From positions 62,001-126,000 of the forward strand of contig NC_081332.1 in the NCBI RefSeq assembly GCF_022539665.2: a stretch of DNA of 64,000 nt. The letters run 5' to 3'. The position numbers were made by a program, and so were the translations under genes. The notes under the pieces were generated by a model. That model did no database searches. It had not been told where the DNA came from and worked only from the letters and a program-made list of their open reading frames with translations. Below, piece by piece: positions 1 through 14,016 of the stretch (position 1 is its first letter; every line of letters starts with the position of its first letter). This DNA is from Daphnia carinata. Taxonomy: Eukaryota.

Positions 1-3000
1 GTGTTTGTGCGTGCTTTTCTGCGCACAGGCGATGATGGTGTGTGAGGAAAGAGTTTATCTCTTTCCGTTTTACGACCTTTTTTTTCTTTCTATTTATTTA
101 TTTTTTAATTTTTCTTTCTTATCGATTCCATCAATACTATATAATTGTGTAAAGAAAAAGACTTGCGACAATTCGATAAGTTGAGAATTCATTCTTACCT
201 TCGCATATCTGAGTGATTTCCACTAGATCGCCCAGTTGCAAGGTCAATCCATGAGGTATAGAAGCTCCGTCTAAGTGGCTGATAGCTGTTGGAATAAAGA
301 AACAAAAAAACATATTTTAAACAAAGTTTTCATTCATAAAATTCAAGTTCAAGAGTTTTCGGGGAGAGATGATGCCTTTGTTATCGCAGTCCCACGTCCC
401 ACCCAACAGGAAGTCCCCTCTCTGCCTTCGCTTTCCCTCTCTCCGCGTCTGAATGAATGGAGGGTGCGTTTCACCCAGTACGAGATGTGACCAACGGCTG
501 GGTCCAGTCTACGCTGTTGTACACAACGGGGGGAGGAAAAACGAATGGGCCACCAACATCAACCGTCAAATGCCACAAACTAAAACTAAGCCAAACAACT
601 ACTTCCTTATTGCCACAATGAATGGGGACGATCTTTTTTCTCTTTTCTCTTCTTCTTAAGTCAGCGGGAAAGGGAGAAATCGATTGTGCGAATATTGATC
701 TGTGTTGTAGCGTAAAAAGAAAAAAGAAATAGAAACTAAAACAAAATAGAATGGCAGATCTTTTTTTTTCTTCCTCGGTTCATCTGCTAGCGTAGGAAAA
801 GGAAGGCGGAATGGAACGTGAGTTTGACGGGATTATAAGACACGTTTGCCATCGACACCCTTATGCCTACCTATTTCAAACCTTTTGAATACACGCTGCA
901 TGTGTACAGCGACAGCCTAAGGTTATTAAGCGGATAAAAAGACGAGGGGAAAACGGGGGATTACAACGTTGTAGGAAATTGAAAGGGGGCAGGGTAGGTA
1001 GGGAGATGGTGCGTCAGAGGCGTCCTCCAAGCTTCCGCGCGTGTAATATGCTATGCTTTGAGGTCAACAGCACTGGCTGGCGAAACTTTCCAATCAAACT
1101 TTCAACTTCTGTTGTTCTCATTTTCTCTGGTTGTGAAAATTCTCGAATGGGAAACAGCAGGCAATGCTGTGGCACACAATTCAGGTTTGACGGATGGCAA
1201 GCTTAAGGAAAAGGGAATCCCTGTGCCACGGAGCAGTTGTTCATTTTTCCTGATGAAGCAGTCAGACTGACAGCTTGTTAATTAGGCACTAGAGAAATAG
1301 CTTTTCGCCGAGGAGTATACCATTTTTCACTTTAAACCCATGTTGATGCAACAACTAGGTAAAGAAAGCACTGGCAAAATAAATATTAAACACAACATAT
1401 CTTACCCACTCCGATAGTTTTCTCAGACACGTAATTCCACATGGTGGGACATCACCCGCAGTGAATAAAAACTAAGTGCTATGGTGAACTATAACACGCA
1501 CAAATACGAAAGGTTTGCCAGTTTCATTATAACGAATGTTTTCAGGAGACTGTCACCAACACCAACAGAACAAACACAACACACACAAACAGCTGCCCCC
1601 TTTTCCAAGCAGTCGAAACAAATGCGAGAAGTTTACAAAGCCTATACTCACTAGCGGGAGTGCAGAGCTACAGGCCAGGCCAGCCTAGTTTTTATTTGAA
1701 GGTAAACTAAATTTTCTACGTTTTAAATATCAAAGCTATAAAAAGAAACAAAAATTTAAAAATTTAAAATAAAAGCCTGGATAATTTTTATTGTATAAGT
1801 AAATTTGGAATTTTTCAGAGTCACGGTAAAACAGAAATGAACAAAGGTGGCCCTGCTGGCATCAAGCATAATCTGGGGTTGCAGCTGCCATCTAGTAACG
1901 GGTACCAGTAGCTGCTTTCAGTATAATCTTGATTCGAATAGAGGAGCTCCAAAGCAGAAAGATCCTAAGGAGAAAAACTGGTAGGTTAAGCAAGTATTCA
2001 AGTATTTATTTGTTTTGATTCTAGAGCTTGCTTAAACTCATAATTTACAAATTTTAGGATTTTGAAACCAATTCCTTAATTGATTTAAAATAAATATCAG
2101 AACACTTTTGTTGTAAGACGTTTGAGATCTGGAAAGTTTGAGATTTCGGAAAGCAGGAGTTCATAGAGCATTTGTTCTACACAAAAAAATAATAATAATA
2201 AAACATTGAGATCACATTAAAAAATAAAACATGAGGAGAAAACCTGAACAAAGAGCCCATTATTTTTGATTTTTCATTAAGATGTATGCTGTTCGTATGC
2301 GTTAGTAATATGCATGCATACTGTGTGTGCCTTGGTGCTATCCGTATTTCTAATAGCTGCTGTGGATTTCGATTCGCGCGAATTTTTCTACCATACTCGG
2401 TTGCATATTGTCACAATTCAAATAATGTTCACTCTTTCATTTAGTTAGAAGACAACGTGAAAATATCGAGTATTTAAATGGCTTCAACTTGCTCCCATCT
2501 GAAAAATAACGAATACAATAACAGCAGCAGTTCGATAACTTACACATTTACTGTAATAAATTGTACATGTCCCTAGCAGTTAAATGCGGAAAATTAATAT
2601 AGAAAAAAAATAATACGAATATAGTTCTGGATCAGGGATTGGCCCTGATTGGCTTTGAGAAGAGTACCCGACCCAACCCGCGCATCTGATTCAACTCAAA
2701 ATTTAGAATCAGTAGGTCAACCACTGTTTATAAGTTGTTCAAAAATATAATTTTTATTTAGCCAAAGGCTTCGGCGTTAAGTCCCTGGTTAAACGGCAAA
2801 TCCCGTGAATATCCTACGGTCGTTTCTTCGTCCCAACGCGATGTAGTACAAAAAAAAAACGTAGTATTGGAAACGGCCTTGAAACATCCATAACTAGTCC
2901 AGTTGGAGCCAAACTGTTCTAATTGAAAGGAGCTAATACGACAACTATTGGACATAAATCTGGAAATGAGTTTAGACGGGAAAGCTATACCCCGAAAATG

Positions 3001-3681
3001 CGATAAGCCCTCTGAGCTTTCTAATTATCGCTCTAAAGTGAGCGAAAATCCGAACGATCTAAAGAAAATGTATGGAGCACGCTCTCGCTCATCTGTCGCT
3101 CCCGACTTTTTTACATGAAAAAATATCCTTTGCAATCTATATATGTTTTGCTCGCCTATAGCAAACAATTTCATAGTAGGCCTAGTTATTTATATATGTT
3201 GAGATGTTCAAATCTAGTTCTTGATTTTATTCAATGCAGACAAAATACAGCGAATGGTGGCAACTTAAATTGATGTTTTGTAGTGCTAAGCAGTACCTAG
3301 TGGTGACAGAGCAGTATTTTGTAATTATTGGACAATTCAACCAGGTGCTCGAAGCCACCCCTTTTTGCCTAAAAAAAGAGAAGCTTTTCAAGGTATTGAT
3401 TCTATTTTCCCAGTTTAAAGCAGATCTACGATAATGCTCAAATCGAAATCAAGGCAAATTCTACGAAAGTAAACATTTCTATTGCAGTCCATTCCAACGA
3501 CTATGACGGCTCCGGCTAATTTTTTTTTCCACGTCGAAAACGACGTGGCTTAGTCCGATGGTAAGTTGTATGTTTCCCAGGCGAAGTTGCAATCTGTTCA
3601 GAAATATTTATACATTTATACATTCACTGCCTAAACTGCACGCAAATGTTTTGGTAAACTAAAGTGTAAAATCGCCCTTGC

Positions 3682-6600
3682 CTAGTGGACTTGATCATCA
3701 GTTTCTTCATTAGTTCTCGTTGGCATATTTTTAAGCTTCAATAACGCGTTGACAATCTCGTACTGGTCCGTTTCGTCATGTGTGTCTCGTACTCGCCTTT
3801 GGTGAAAGGCGTCCACGCGGAGTCGGACAGCAGGTCTGTAGCTTTGGCTATCAGATTTGTTTGATTTTAATAGCTTCCAGAGAGCCTTTCCTTCATCTGC
3901 TAAATTAATTTTTCCACTTGCACTTCTAATTCTCTGATGGGCATAGCCAGAAATGCTGATTTGGTGCTTGGATAACGAGGACGTCAATACGTAGATGATG
4001 TCAGAGAGACCGCCCATCAAAAGCAAATTTTTTGCGACATTGAACGGCAAAATTTTACTGAAGATGGTTAAGACAGCCCCAGCACTAATTGAAACAGCTC
4101 CGCCAATGATAATGAATGGTGAAAATAGGGATGTCAATACCATCTGTTTCCTAGATTTTTGGTGAACCTTCATGTACATTACATGATCAAATCCCATCAA
4201 ACGAAAAAGACCCAATTCACGTTCGACGGTATTGGCTTTTACCTTGCGGATATCACCGTCGATGAAGTCCAGCGCAGTTTCTTGTTTTACCAACGACGTG
4301 GCTTCGTAAATTGCTTGTCGGCTTTTCAAAAAATCTAAAATACAGTCACGCTCAACGTCGATGTTGGTGATTCCATTCACTTTTTGTTTGAGGACGAATT
4401 CGTCCATTTCCTTTAGTCGAACCCCAGAAATGACATAGGCAGCAATCAAGTCATCTAGCATATATCGATAAGGTGTCAAAGGCAACAAGTTGATTACTTC
4501 GAGACGATTCGCATTGTCTTCACTCTTCAGCCAATGTCGTCTAACTATTTCGGCACGCAACTTGGTCCCCACTAAACGCATCACAGCGTCTTCGTACGCA
4601 GGACAATTTGGATATTTAAAACTTTGACCATCGTAATTAGGTGAGAGATTGCCAGCGTCGTCGATAATATTTTGATTTTGCAGTTCGCACATAATTGCTT
4701 TGCGTTCCGCTTGACTAATATCGACCTTACGTAAATCGTCGTCTTTTAACTGGCCAAACAGCTTCAAGTTGACTGATTTGAGTTTCGCGACATCAATTTT
4801 GGCCATCTTGTTGAATCTAAATTTATCTCCGCTACGGTTGTACTCTCGATTGCCATAAAGTTTGTCTTCGACGTAATCTTGCGAGAAAATGATTTTGTTT
4901 TCTTTTTCAATTGTGTTGCAATCAATAGGATCGTACAAGATGTAATCCTTGCCGATAAAGTCCAATTTTTTGGCCTCGACGCGATTTAATTTGTAGCTGT
5001 CGACGACGTAGTCGTCCACGACGACGAAATTTTCGTTGCCAAACAATGCTTCGCTGTCGACCAGTTTCTCCCAGAACGATTCCCTCGTACAGTGAATCAA
5101 ATTGTCCTTTTTAAATTTCGTTTCCAATTGGTCTTTTAACTCCTTTTCAATGCCCTCTTTGCTTAGTTTCTTTTCCACCGCCTGTTTGATGGCGTTTTCT
5201 AAGGTCGACGCGCAGACACCGTAAGCGTTTGCTATCCGAAAAATGGCCGTTTTCCAATTGGATTCTTCAATTTGCTCGTCGGAAGAGTTCCATCTCGGTA
5301 TGGTTCTGGGATTGTTCAGCTGGTGGCCAATGCACTTGGACTCGCCCTCCAATAATAGATCGAAATATTCCGCCACTTTTTCGATCGGAATAGTAGAATT
5401 CTTCAGCTCATCATTTTTATCATCTTTTTTCTGGAAAACTTTCGAGCTTTTATGAATTTCCCCTTCAATCCACTTTTCAAAGTTATTGAGATTTTTTTCC
5501 AAAAAATTCTTAACTTTTTCGGGCAGACGTCCTGCTGCTTCAAAATCTTCTATGGAGCAATCGGTGCCCAAAAAGGATCGAACTGAGCCAAGGAAATATT
5601 GAAGCAGATTAACAATGTTATCTTTTTGCTGCGTATAGCCATCAACAGCACAAAACGAATCAGGCTGATTAGTTTTCTTTTCTGTCGCCCGGACGATCGA
5701 AAAAATCGATGTTTGCATATTGATTTGCTCACTTAATACATTTTCACACGTACGCATTATTTTGATAAATTCATCTTGGTTTCTTTCAAAACCTTTCTTC
5801 AAAAAAATGAATGCGCGGTAGTAGTAAGCAGCGGCATAAAATTGGTTGTCTTTTGATTGGATGAGCTGTTCCAAAATATTGGCTGCCGTCGAATGCTTCG
5901 ATTTCGTGTTAGTCATCGCCAAATATTTGGCAACGACAACTAAACGTGCTGGTGTCATCCAGTCATTTTGACTGTAATCGGTAGAATTGTGCTCGGGAAT
6001 TTTGAATTTTGGAATGAATTTCGTTGAGTATGAATACTTTTTCACGTCGAACGAGGAATCATCCATTTCATCCAGCCACAAAGCCCATTGGTCCAATACA
6101 CTTCCACAGATGGCACTTACTTCCTGATCCCTGTATTTTTTCTCACATAGTTGATTTTTTAGGGTAGTATAATAATCTGAGAAATTATCAAATAATTTCA
6201 CTTGATCTATCGTGTCTTCAAAATCTTTTTCCAACCGAGCAATGCGTTGTTTCTCTTGGGCATTGCGTGTTTTCTCCATGCCAGACATTGATACCCAGTC
6301 CTGTGTGTCACTTTCATCAGGCGTCTTCCGTTCGCGTGAAATTGATTTGCATACAATAAGAATTCCACTTCCGGGTGCCCCATTGCGAGCTGCCCGACCC
6401 ATCACTTGTTCCTCAATTCGTTCATTATCAGGAAAAAAAGTTAGGCACACATGCAGTCCTCCATTTTTGCGCAATTGTTCGCCGATTTTCATATCCGTTC
6501 CTCGTCCAGCCAAGTTGGTGGCGACGATAACATGCCCAATGTTCAGCTCGCTACTTTCAAATGCGAATTTCTCGTAATCGCGTGTGTACCGATGGAGACG

Positions 6601-9600
6601 ACGGGTTTTACTCAACTCAGGATTGGAGCTCTTTATGCGTTGATGGACGACATTGGCAACTTTGATGGACTTGCAAAAAATGATGGAAGAACGTTCTGCC
6701 TCGATAATAGCATTACTGTCCGTGACAATGGCATCTAGCCATTCTTCTTCTGTTGACAGGATCTGGGGATCTCTTTTCTGAAATAGTTTAGGAAAAGCGC
6801 TAGGAAAGTGGCGTAAATCGCACTTAAATGTATTCTGTAGAAAAATCTGTTCTTGTTTGGACCCTAGCGTCCCTGATACACCCAATAGCCCATGGTATTT
6901 CAACAAATATTCGGCGTTTGAAATGTAAACAGCTTTGAGACTTTGTAGCGTCAATTTACACCCTTCCTTAAGTTGAAGAAACTGATGTAAGGCTCCTTCC
7001 CATTGCGACAGGGTTTGATCCGTTCCGGTGTCGGGATCAATTATAATCACTTGTGGATTGAGATCTGGACAAGTGTCTGTTCGGTCTTGGTCAATGACGT
7101 AGTCCTCGTCACGCCTTAATTCCAAGGCTTGAAAGGCGCTGTTCAGCCAAGTGTCAAGGTTTCGATCAACAAAGGTGAGCAGATGAGAAGGTATTCGGAT
7201 GCGACGCAGGCGATTAGCTATTTTGCGGAAATAGAAAACCAATTTCGCGTTAAGATCCTTCCCTTCGAGTTCTGTTGGGATACAGTTAACCTTCTCTTTT
7301 GTAATTTGGCTGGCGTCAGTTATGAGTAGGTGTCCTTGTGAATCAATCATTTTTTTCTCAATTAGATGATTCCACAGTGCATCTCTCTCCGATTCGTCCA
7401 ATGGCGCGTGGACATACTTCAGATCTTCTTTAGTTGTAACACCGTACAAATCGAACAAGACATCAGATTTAATTGATTTTTTTACTTGCTCTTTCGAATT
7501 GTTTTTGTAAACAGATTGGTTGCGCACTTTTTCCCAAATGAAAACGTACAAAGATTCTAAAGTTTCCATGCCGGGTATCTCGTGTGACAAATAGAGGGTG
7601 TTGTTTCCTTGGTCCAACAACAGGCTATCCACCTCGTCAATAATGGCGTATAACAATTCTTCGCTGTTACAAATATTACGGCTGTAGAATTTGGTCAATA
7701 AATAATCCCGTTGAAAATGGGCCAACTGTCCGTAAACCACTTTGGCAGTATAACTTGCTGTACGTTCATCTTCCGATTGGCTGCAGTTGTTTGCCACCGA
7801 TACACCGAAATACTTATAGAGATCTCGCAATCCTCCATCAGCTACTGAGAGATTTGAATCGCGAAGTGCTAATAAATCGTTCCTGGTAATGATGTCGATT
7901 TTTTGCGTTGCCTTCTTGCCGACGAACCAACTCCGAACAACAGCAATCGCCACTGCGGCCACAATTAACGACTTGCCTTCGCCGGTAGCTACCTGAGCTA
8001 ATTTTCTCTCAGCGGTTTCCTCACTATTAGGGAGCAACATCAGTATGGCCAGAATCTGGGTGTCACGGAGGCGGAAGTTTTTGTCTATTGGCTTACGAAG
8101 TTGCTGTACGGCGCACTCAAAGTCGTACAAAAATACGGCCAAAGATTTGAGATCACCGTCTTTGGTTGCGTCGACTTTTAAATTTTTTTTCCATTTCGTT
8201 GTTATATTTACTTTTTTTCCTAATGTCCTTTGATCATTGATGTAACTCAAGATGAATATTATTCGATCTTCGAGCACTTTGATTTCTTTTTGGGATTTTG
8301 TTGTCATTGCCTCTGACATCTGTTTCCAGGTGTCTGGAATGAATTTGTTTGAATTGTCCTTGAGGAAATTTTCAAATTTTTGTCGATTATCCATAGTGGC
8401 TTTGTTAAGTGTTCGATCTTTGCTAGATTCTTCCTGAGATACGCCAGAATCACCGGCAGGGCTGCCTTTGATGCCAGGCGCTGGCTTTGTGCACCCTATC
8501 TTCACTTCACCCAATTGCTGGTGGACTAGATCACTGAATTGCGCTTCATTATTTTGAATTTCCTCCACCAGTGCATCGACATTTGGCAATTCATTTTCTT
8601 CTAACGCAATATCGGACAAAAACATTTTCCAGAGCGATTCTTGCATTTGTTTCCACTCGTTTACTTTTGAAAAATGACGGTTGAGGCTATGACGAATAAC
8701 GCCATATTTCTTCATGGCTTTGGCCGATGGGTTACTATACCGCTCAAATGTCGATACAATTGTCGCATAACGTTGATTCCGCGAGCCATCACTAACCTCA
8801 ACGTATGAAGCAACTTCATCTTTTTGTAATTCTTCGAGCTTGGAGTAGTATTTGATTTCTAGTTTTTGGTCATTTTCAAATCCTATGTAATTTCCTTGCT
8901 GGTCCTTGTCTCCATTGTGGATGAAACCTACATCGCCATTCGCTTGTCCCGTTTTGCCGTCTGAAACAGACGCCTTATAAACAACACCACCAGTGCCCAT
9001 TGCTTGATAAACTTCCATGCCAACAGGAGGGAGGCCCCGATCTTTATCCAGCAATTCCAAGATTATGTCACCGTCATAGCCACCTTGTCCGAATTTCCGA
9101 CCTGTATGGAATCAAAATGACATGCGCGTAAAAACATCTTAAACTGAAATCTGATTCTGATTTATTTTTTCATGGATACAGGATGTGTACCTTGACAGAG
9201 TATGAGTGTGTGTCTTTTTTTTTTTTTATTTTCATACAACGAAAAATGGATTTCGCTACCGTCTCCAAGCGCGCCTGACCTTGCCAGAGGTTCCTGTAGC
9301 CCCGTGATCCCCGGGGCCACAAGGCCATCATACTTTTCAGATATTGTATACTCTAGTTTCTTGTAGAGTTGTTTTATTGAGGGTGACTTGTAACCTCGCT
9401 TTTCTTCTTCCTTTCTTTTTTCATTCCCATCAATTGGAAAAATGGGACTAAACACTCGTTGAAGTTCTTCCGCTGACCACTTGAGACCAGAACTTCCGTT
9501 CCCTCCATTCGAAGTGATCGTCCATTGCTCAGCTCCGATAACTTGGTTGCACTTAATATGAACATTACCACCGCTTTCGTCCGCGTTCAGTAATCTTCCT

Positions 9601-10823
9601 AAGTTGAAAAACATGTCAATTGGGTAACATACTATGGTTTTAACAATATATAAGTGTTATGATAGCTTACGTCTTGATTTGGCGGTAGCATGTTCTCCGG
9701 ATACATCCCATACTATTTTCTGGTTCTCATTGGCGGAAACGATAAGTTTATCAGTAACGAGACCTATATTGATTCCATGCCAGATGTCATTGTCCAAATC
9801 GCAATCGATGTGAACGGAAGAATATCCGGCAATTTGTATTTCCTGTACGTCCTTATTACTGGCTTTTAATTCCCTCATTTTCCCCATAAGTTTACTAACA
9901 AAAATAGAAACGCCATTAATGGAAATAATTTTCCTTCCGTGTTCTGTTCTCATTTTGATTGTGGTTTCTGGCAGCAAGAGTTTTTTGTGTATCTCTCTGA
10001 TAACTAAATTCAATTTTGATGTCCACTCTTTTCTTGGCGGCGCAGTAAACTCGAAACGCTGTATCCATTCGGGGATTGCACTTGATTCGTTATCGCTTTC
10101 TGCTGGTGGGAATGTTTTCAAGATTTTTTCAACCAGGATGTTTATCCATTGCTGCCAATCTGTCTCTCGGCTATTCGTATTTACATTGCTTTCCAGAATA
10201 TGAGCTTCCAGAACGTCTTGTAATTTCTTGTCTTCATTTGCTTTTGCCAAAAAGTCAGTCAGATCCGAAATGAATTTTATAAATAAAGCACCATCAACGT
10301 CGTTGAGGATGTCTTTCCTGCACCGGAAAAAGATCTTATCGATAAAACAACTCTTCAGTTTATGGAAATTTTGGTTCAAGAGAAGGGCGAAACGGGGCGT
10401 GTTTTTGAACAGCTCTTCCTGTTGGACAATCAATTGAAAATATTGACAGCCTCCACCAAACCAAGTCCAAAGCTGTGATTCCTTTGCAATTAGTTTGGTA
10501 CTAATATCTTCGAACGAATCGATGGAATCCAGCTCATCCAAGACAGTCGACATAGCTGTGCTCATGTCGGAAGTTTCATTATTCAAGTGGCTAAACGCCG
10601 TTTCTAAACTGCTCCGCATCCACATCTTCAAGAGGGTTTTGACGTATTGCAATTCCACGCAAGTTCTCTCCAATGGTTTAAGTGTCCATCCCACCTCTGA
10701 TTCAATGTGACTGACGGCATTTTCAACCAGTTTTTTCGAGTCGGGATTTTTGTCTTGAATCCAGCACAGGATCTTCTCGAAAACCTTTTTTGGTGTTTCG
10801 TATTGCCGATCTCTTCCAGCCAT
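3682..10823 (-). CDS. Giant SecA-like (SecA DEAD/SF2 ATPase domain) protein, paralog A; 3 exons 10823-9671, 9598-9191, 9101-3682; ~2326 aa
   Basis: Three ORFs join in phase through two GT-AG phase-1 introns (9670-9599, 9190-9102). SecA motifs appear in order: ATGEGKS (Walker A), ITRNDLLALRDS, YGQLAHFQRDYL, IIDEVDSLLLD, IIIDPDTG..WEGALHQFLQLKEG, GVSGTLG, VATNLAGRGTD, RIEEQVMGRAARNGAPG. C-terminal Gly-containing hydrophobic segment. Confidence 0.9.
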
Positions 10824-12673
10824 TATGATACAGTATACCCTTGAAAATGACTAGGTAAAAAAAACAAAAACAGTTTTGTTACAAGCGACGTTACTCAAAA
10901 ACCATAATGTTATTAAACTTGTTTCAATTTTCATGCAAAAAAAAGTGTTTTTTTTTCTGATACTAATCCCTTTTCGTTTCACTCTTTAATACAACAAGAG
11001 AATAACATAAATCTATTAAAATGTTCCCAGTTCTATTTTAATTTGCAAAAACTATCACGGCGCTTAAACCACATTAGCTGTTGTCCAAACAATTATGCAG
11101 TCCGATATAACACACATGTTGCAGAAAAATCCAGATGAACCAAAAATTCACTGACTAATTATCGAGATGGTATCATTTACGTGGAGGATTGCTGGAAATT
11201 CCTGGTTTTGGGGTTCAATTAGCTAATGCGCAGCTTGTTCTGTTCAAAAAACGTTCTGCCTTTTCACTTGGCCATGTCTAGGTGGCTCAATGTGGTCTGT
11301 ACTAGTTTGCTGAGTAACCCTGAACTAAAAACAAACAACTTCTTCGGCTAAAGGTTTCGTCACGTTCATGTAGAAGGCTTTAACACTAGCAAATGTTGTT
11401 ATGACTTTTAATCTTGGAAGGAGTCGACCCGTAATAAAAAGAGTTCTTGAGGACAAACCGATTTTCCCAGTCACAACTCTGACGAATAATGCGTCCCCTC
11501 AAGCAACTGAAGTTAGTTGGACGTGGACTTTTAGAAATTACGAATCAAAGCCGCGTCTTTTACGCTTGACGACACGCTTTAGTTACCGTAGCACCGGAGA
11601 TCGGACGGACGCGTATTATTTCACGACCAGCCAGTCACATCCTACCACAGCTTGCACAATCATCAAGGACGAAGTGGTTAGCCAAACAGAGAAGTGAAGT
11701 GTTGGGTTGCAAGATTAAAGCTGTCTACGCTCGTGTCATACTCTGTTATATTTGCCAGAGATGATAAATACACGGTGTAGGCGAATCTTAAAGCAAAAAC
11801 TATTTACGAAAAAAAAAAAAAAAAAAAAAAGAAAAACGGGAAACGGGGTATTAGAGCCGCCTCAATATAAGCCGATCCCCCTAACGTGGCGCGAATTTTT
11901 TTTTTGTTGCCTCGACCATTCTTGCAGAGGAATTTTTCTTACCCATCTCACTCTTCCTTGCAGAAAATATACATATTTTTTTTCATGCTACTGTAATAGT
12001 TTCAACTGGAAAAAAAATTGGAACTCCTCTAAAAGTTTTCTGCCAGTTCTTGGAGCCGACGTTCATGGTTTGTTTTGATGCCCCATAGTTTTTTATAATA
12101 AATGTTAATAAGAACGACCACAAGAGACTAGACAAAAACATAAGAACCTGGTTACTTTACTCATGTAGCAAGGTCTCCCATTGCCTTTTCCCTCCCAAAA
12201 ATGGTTTTTTAACTTCCGTACATCCAGTGCCAATCCAAAACAGCGGCTGTGACGTGAACAAGTGTAGAGAACTGCGATGCATGTTTTTCCACTTTCCTTT
12301 ATCAAAATAGAATTGTTGAACGTGTGTAATAACTCAAAATTAAACAAAAGATTTCCAAAAATCATCTTATTTGCAAATCTTTTCGAACATTGTAGGTCTA
12401 TTAAATACTAGATGGCAACCCTGAGCTAAATCGATACTTAGATAATCGATTAACGAATTCGCTCCTTTTACAGGGACGAACCGAGACTATATTACAGTAA
12501 AATATTTGTCTTTGATGCATGAACGTCCTCCATAAATCAAATAACTGAAATCCGGAAAGATTAGAAGTTGATAACCAAAATATACCAGATAAAGTCATGG
12601 AAAGTTAATTTTGATTAAAATTTCCAGTTTATACTATCTAACCCGATCCCTATAACAATTCATCGGAATGGAC

Positions 12674-14016
12674 CAGGCTGGTGGCGAGGCAATATGTACT
12701 ACTTAGTACATAATCGCGCCTGCAGTTTTCTTTAGGGGGAAAGTGTGTGTTGTCACCCCTAGGGCTTTGATTTGGTTGCTTTAATGGCTAAACCGTTAAA
12801 GTTAAACCAGTTAAACAAAAATGCGTGTAGCGCATGTCTTAATTTTTCAAAGCGAATAATATGAATTAGGTTTATATAAATTTATATTTACAATATTGTG
12901 ATAATGTACATAAATGTTACAATATAATAAATACACATATATACAGTATATTACAATTATATATATATATTTATACATACATACAATTACAATATATATA
13001 TTACTATTATATATATGTACAATAGTTATGGTAATTGAAATAAACGAATATAAGAGAAACAATTTTTTAATTATTTGTCAGAAAAACTAATTATGATATT
13101 CGCTGATTTAATACATAAATAATATAAATATAATATAAATCGATAGCCCTTGGTAAGGGCTATCCATTTTTAGGTAATTGTAATCAATATTTTCAAATCG
13201 AAAAAATCTTAAACGCAAAATGCGTTTTTGTTGTTTTTCGATCTAAGGTTCTAATGGACGCAACCGATAAAACAAAAAAATTGATGTTACACTTGAACTT
13301 TTTCCTTTTCCGAAAATTTAACATAAGTTTTATAGAATTAGATAGCTCTTGATAAGAGCTATCGATTGATGCAAAATTTGTCAATTTTAACTGTTTATTT
13401 TCTTCATAAATAATTATTAAAGGATTTCATGATTTTAGAAAGGGGAGGGGGTGTGTGAAAAAGACGAAACTTTGCATTGATTGTTCGATGCTTAATCTTC
13501 GTCAAAACAGGAAACCATTATAATATTTTTGTTCCTGGTGATTCGGGGAAAAAGTTGTTCTAAACGCTTACTTTTAAGATGCTATATTTAACCCCAAAAA
13601 CTACGTTTGAAAAAGTGGTTTTTGATAAACCATTATGGCGGCCATTTTTTTACCGCGCCAAGTTCAAATTTTAAAAAGTGTAAATAAGTGTAAAAAATTT
13701 TAATGATCAGTACATATTTACATTTTGTTTGTGTCTAGAAAATTTCAGCATTCCGTCTTATATTAAAAATTAACTAAGATAATTTAAATAAATTTATTTC
13801 ATGGGTTCTCATTTAATTTACAATTTTAGGTGACTTTTTCCACATTCCACATGGAAAACCACGTTTTATATCGCGACTTCCGCGTGGAAAAGCTCCAAGC
13901 AGACAATATTAAAAAAAAAAATTGACTAACGCCCTGCGCCTTTATCATTTACCCCATAAGAAAAAGTGCATCTGCAACTATGTACTACTTAGTACATATG
14001 TAGTGAGACCATGTTG
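12674..14016 (+). mobile_element. Non-autonomous TIR DNA transposon (hAT- or P-like), copy 1, 1343 bp
   Basis: Termini CAGGCTGGT...ACCATGTTG (short imperfect TIR). 8-bp TSD gaatggac at 12666-12673 and 14017-14024. Subterminal palindrome tatgtact-actt-agtacata at both ends. The paralogous site at 31097-31104 is empty. Confidence 0.9.

Noticed and set aside
1..3450. Short ORFs and scattered splice-like signals at the window start
   Set aside because: No coherent reading frame or recognisable motif. May hold UTR or non-coding exons of a neighbouring gene but cannot be supported.
3682..9060. Bacterial secA gene / prokaryotic contig
   Set aside because: In-phase spliceosomal introns, a protein far larger than SecA, and eukaryotic transposons and intron-rich genes all around. 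The secA symbol was therefore not assigned.
5243..10710. Plus-strand ORFs overlapping the SecA-like genes (and equivalents opposite paralog B, the transposase, env and pol)
   Set aside because: Antisense shadows of long coding frames with no independent evidence.
11193..11204. kappaB-like site ggaaattcc upstream of SecA-like gene A
   Set aside because: Short, not a full consensus, and altered in the paralog (ggaaactcc); not distinguishable from chance.
12408..12423. hAT-like terminus (cagggttgccatcta on minus strand)
   Set aside because: No matching other end or TSD found, and it is degenerate in the paralogous copy.
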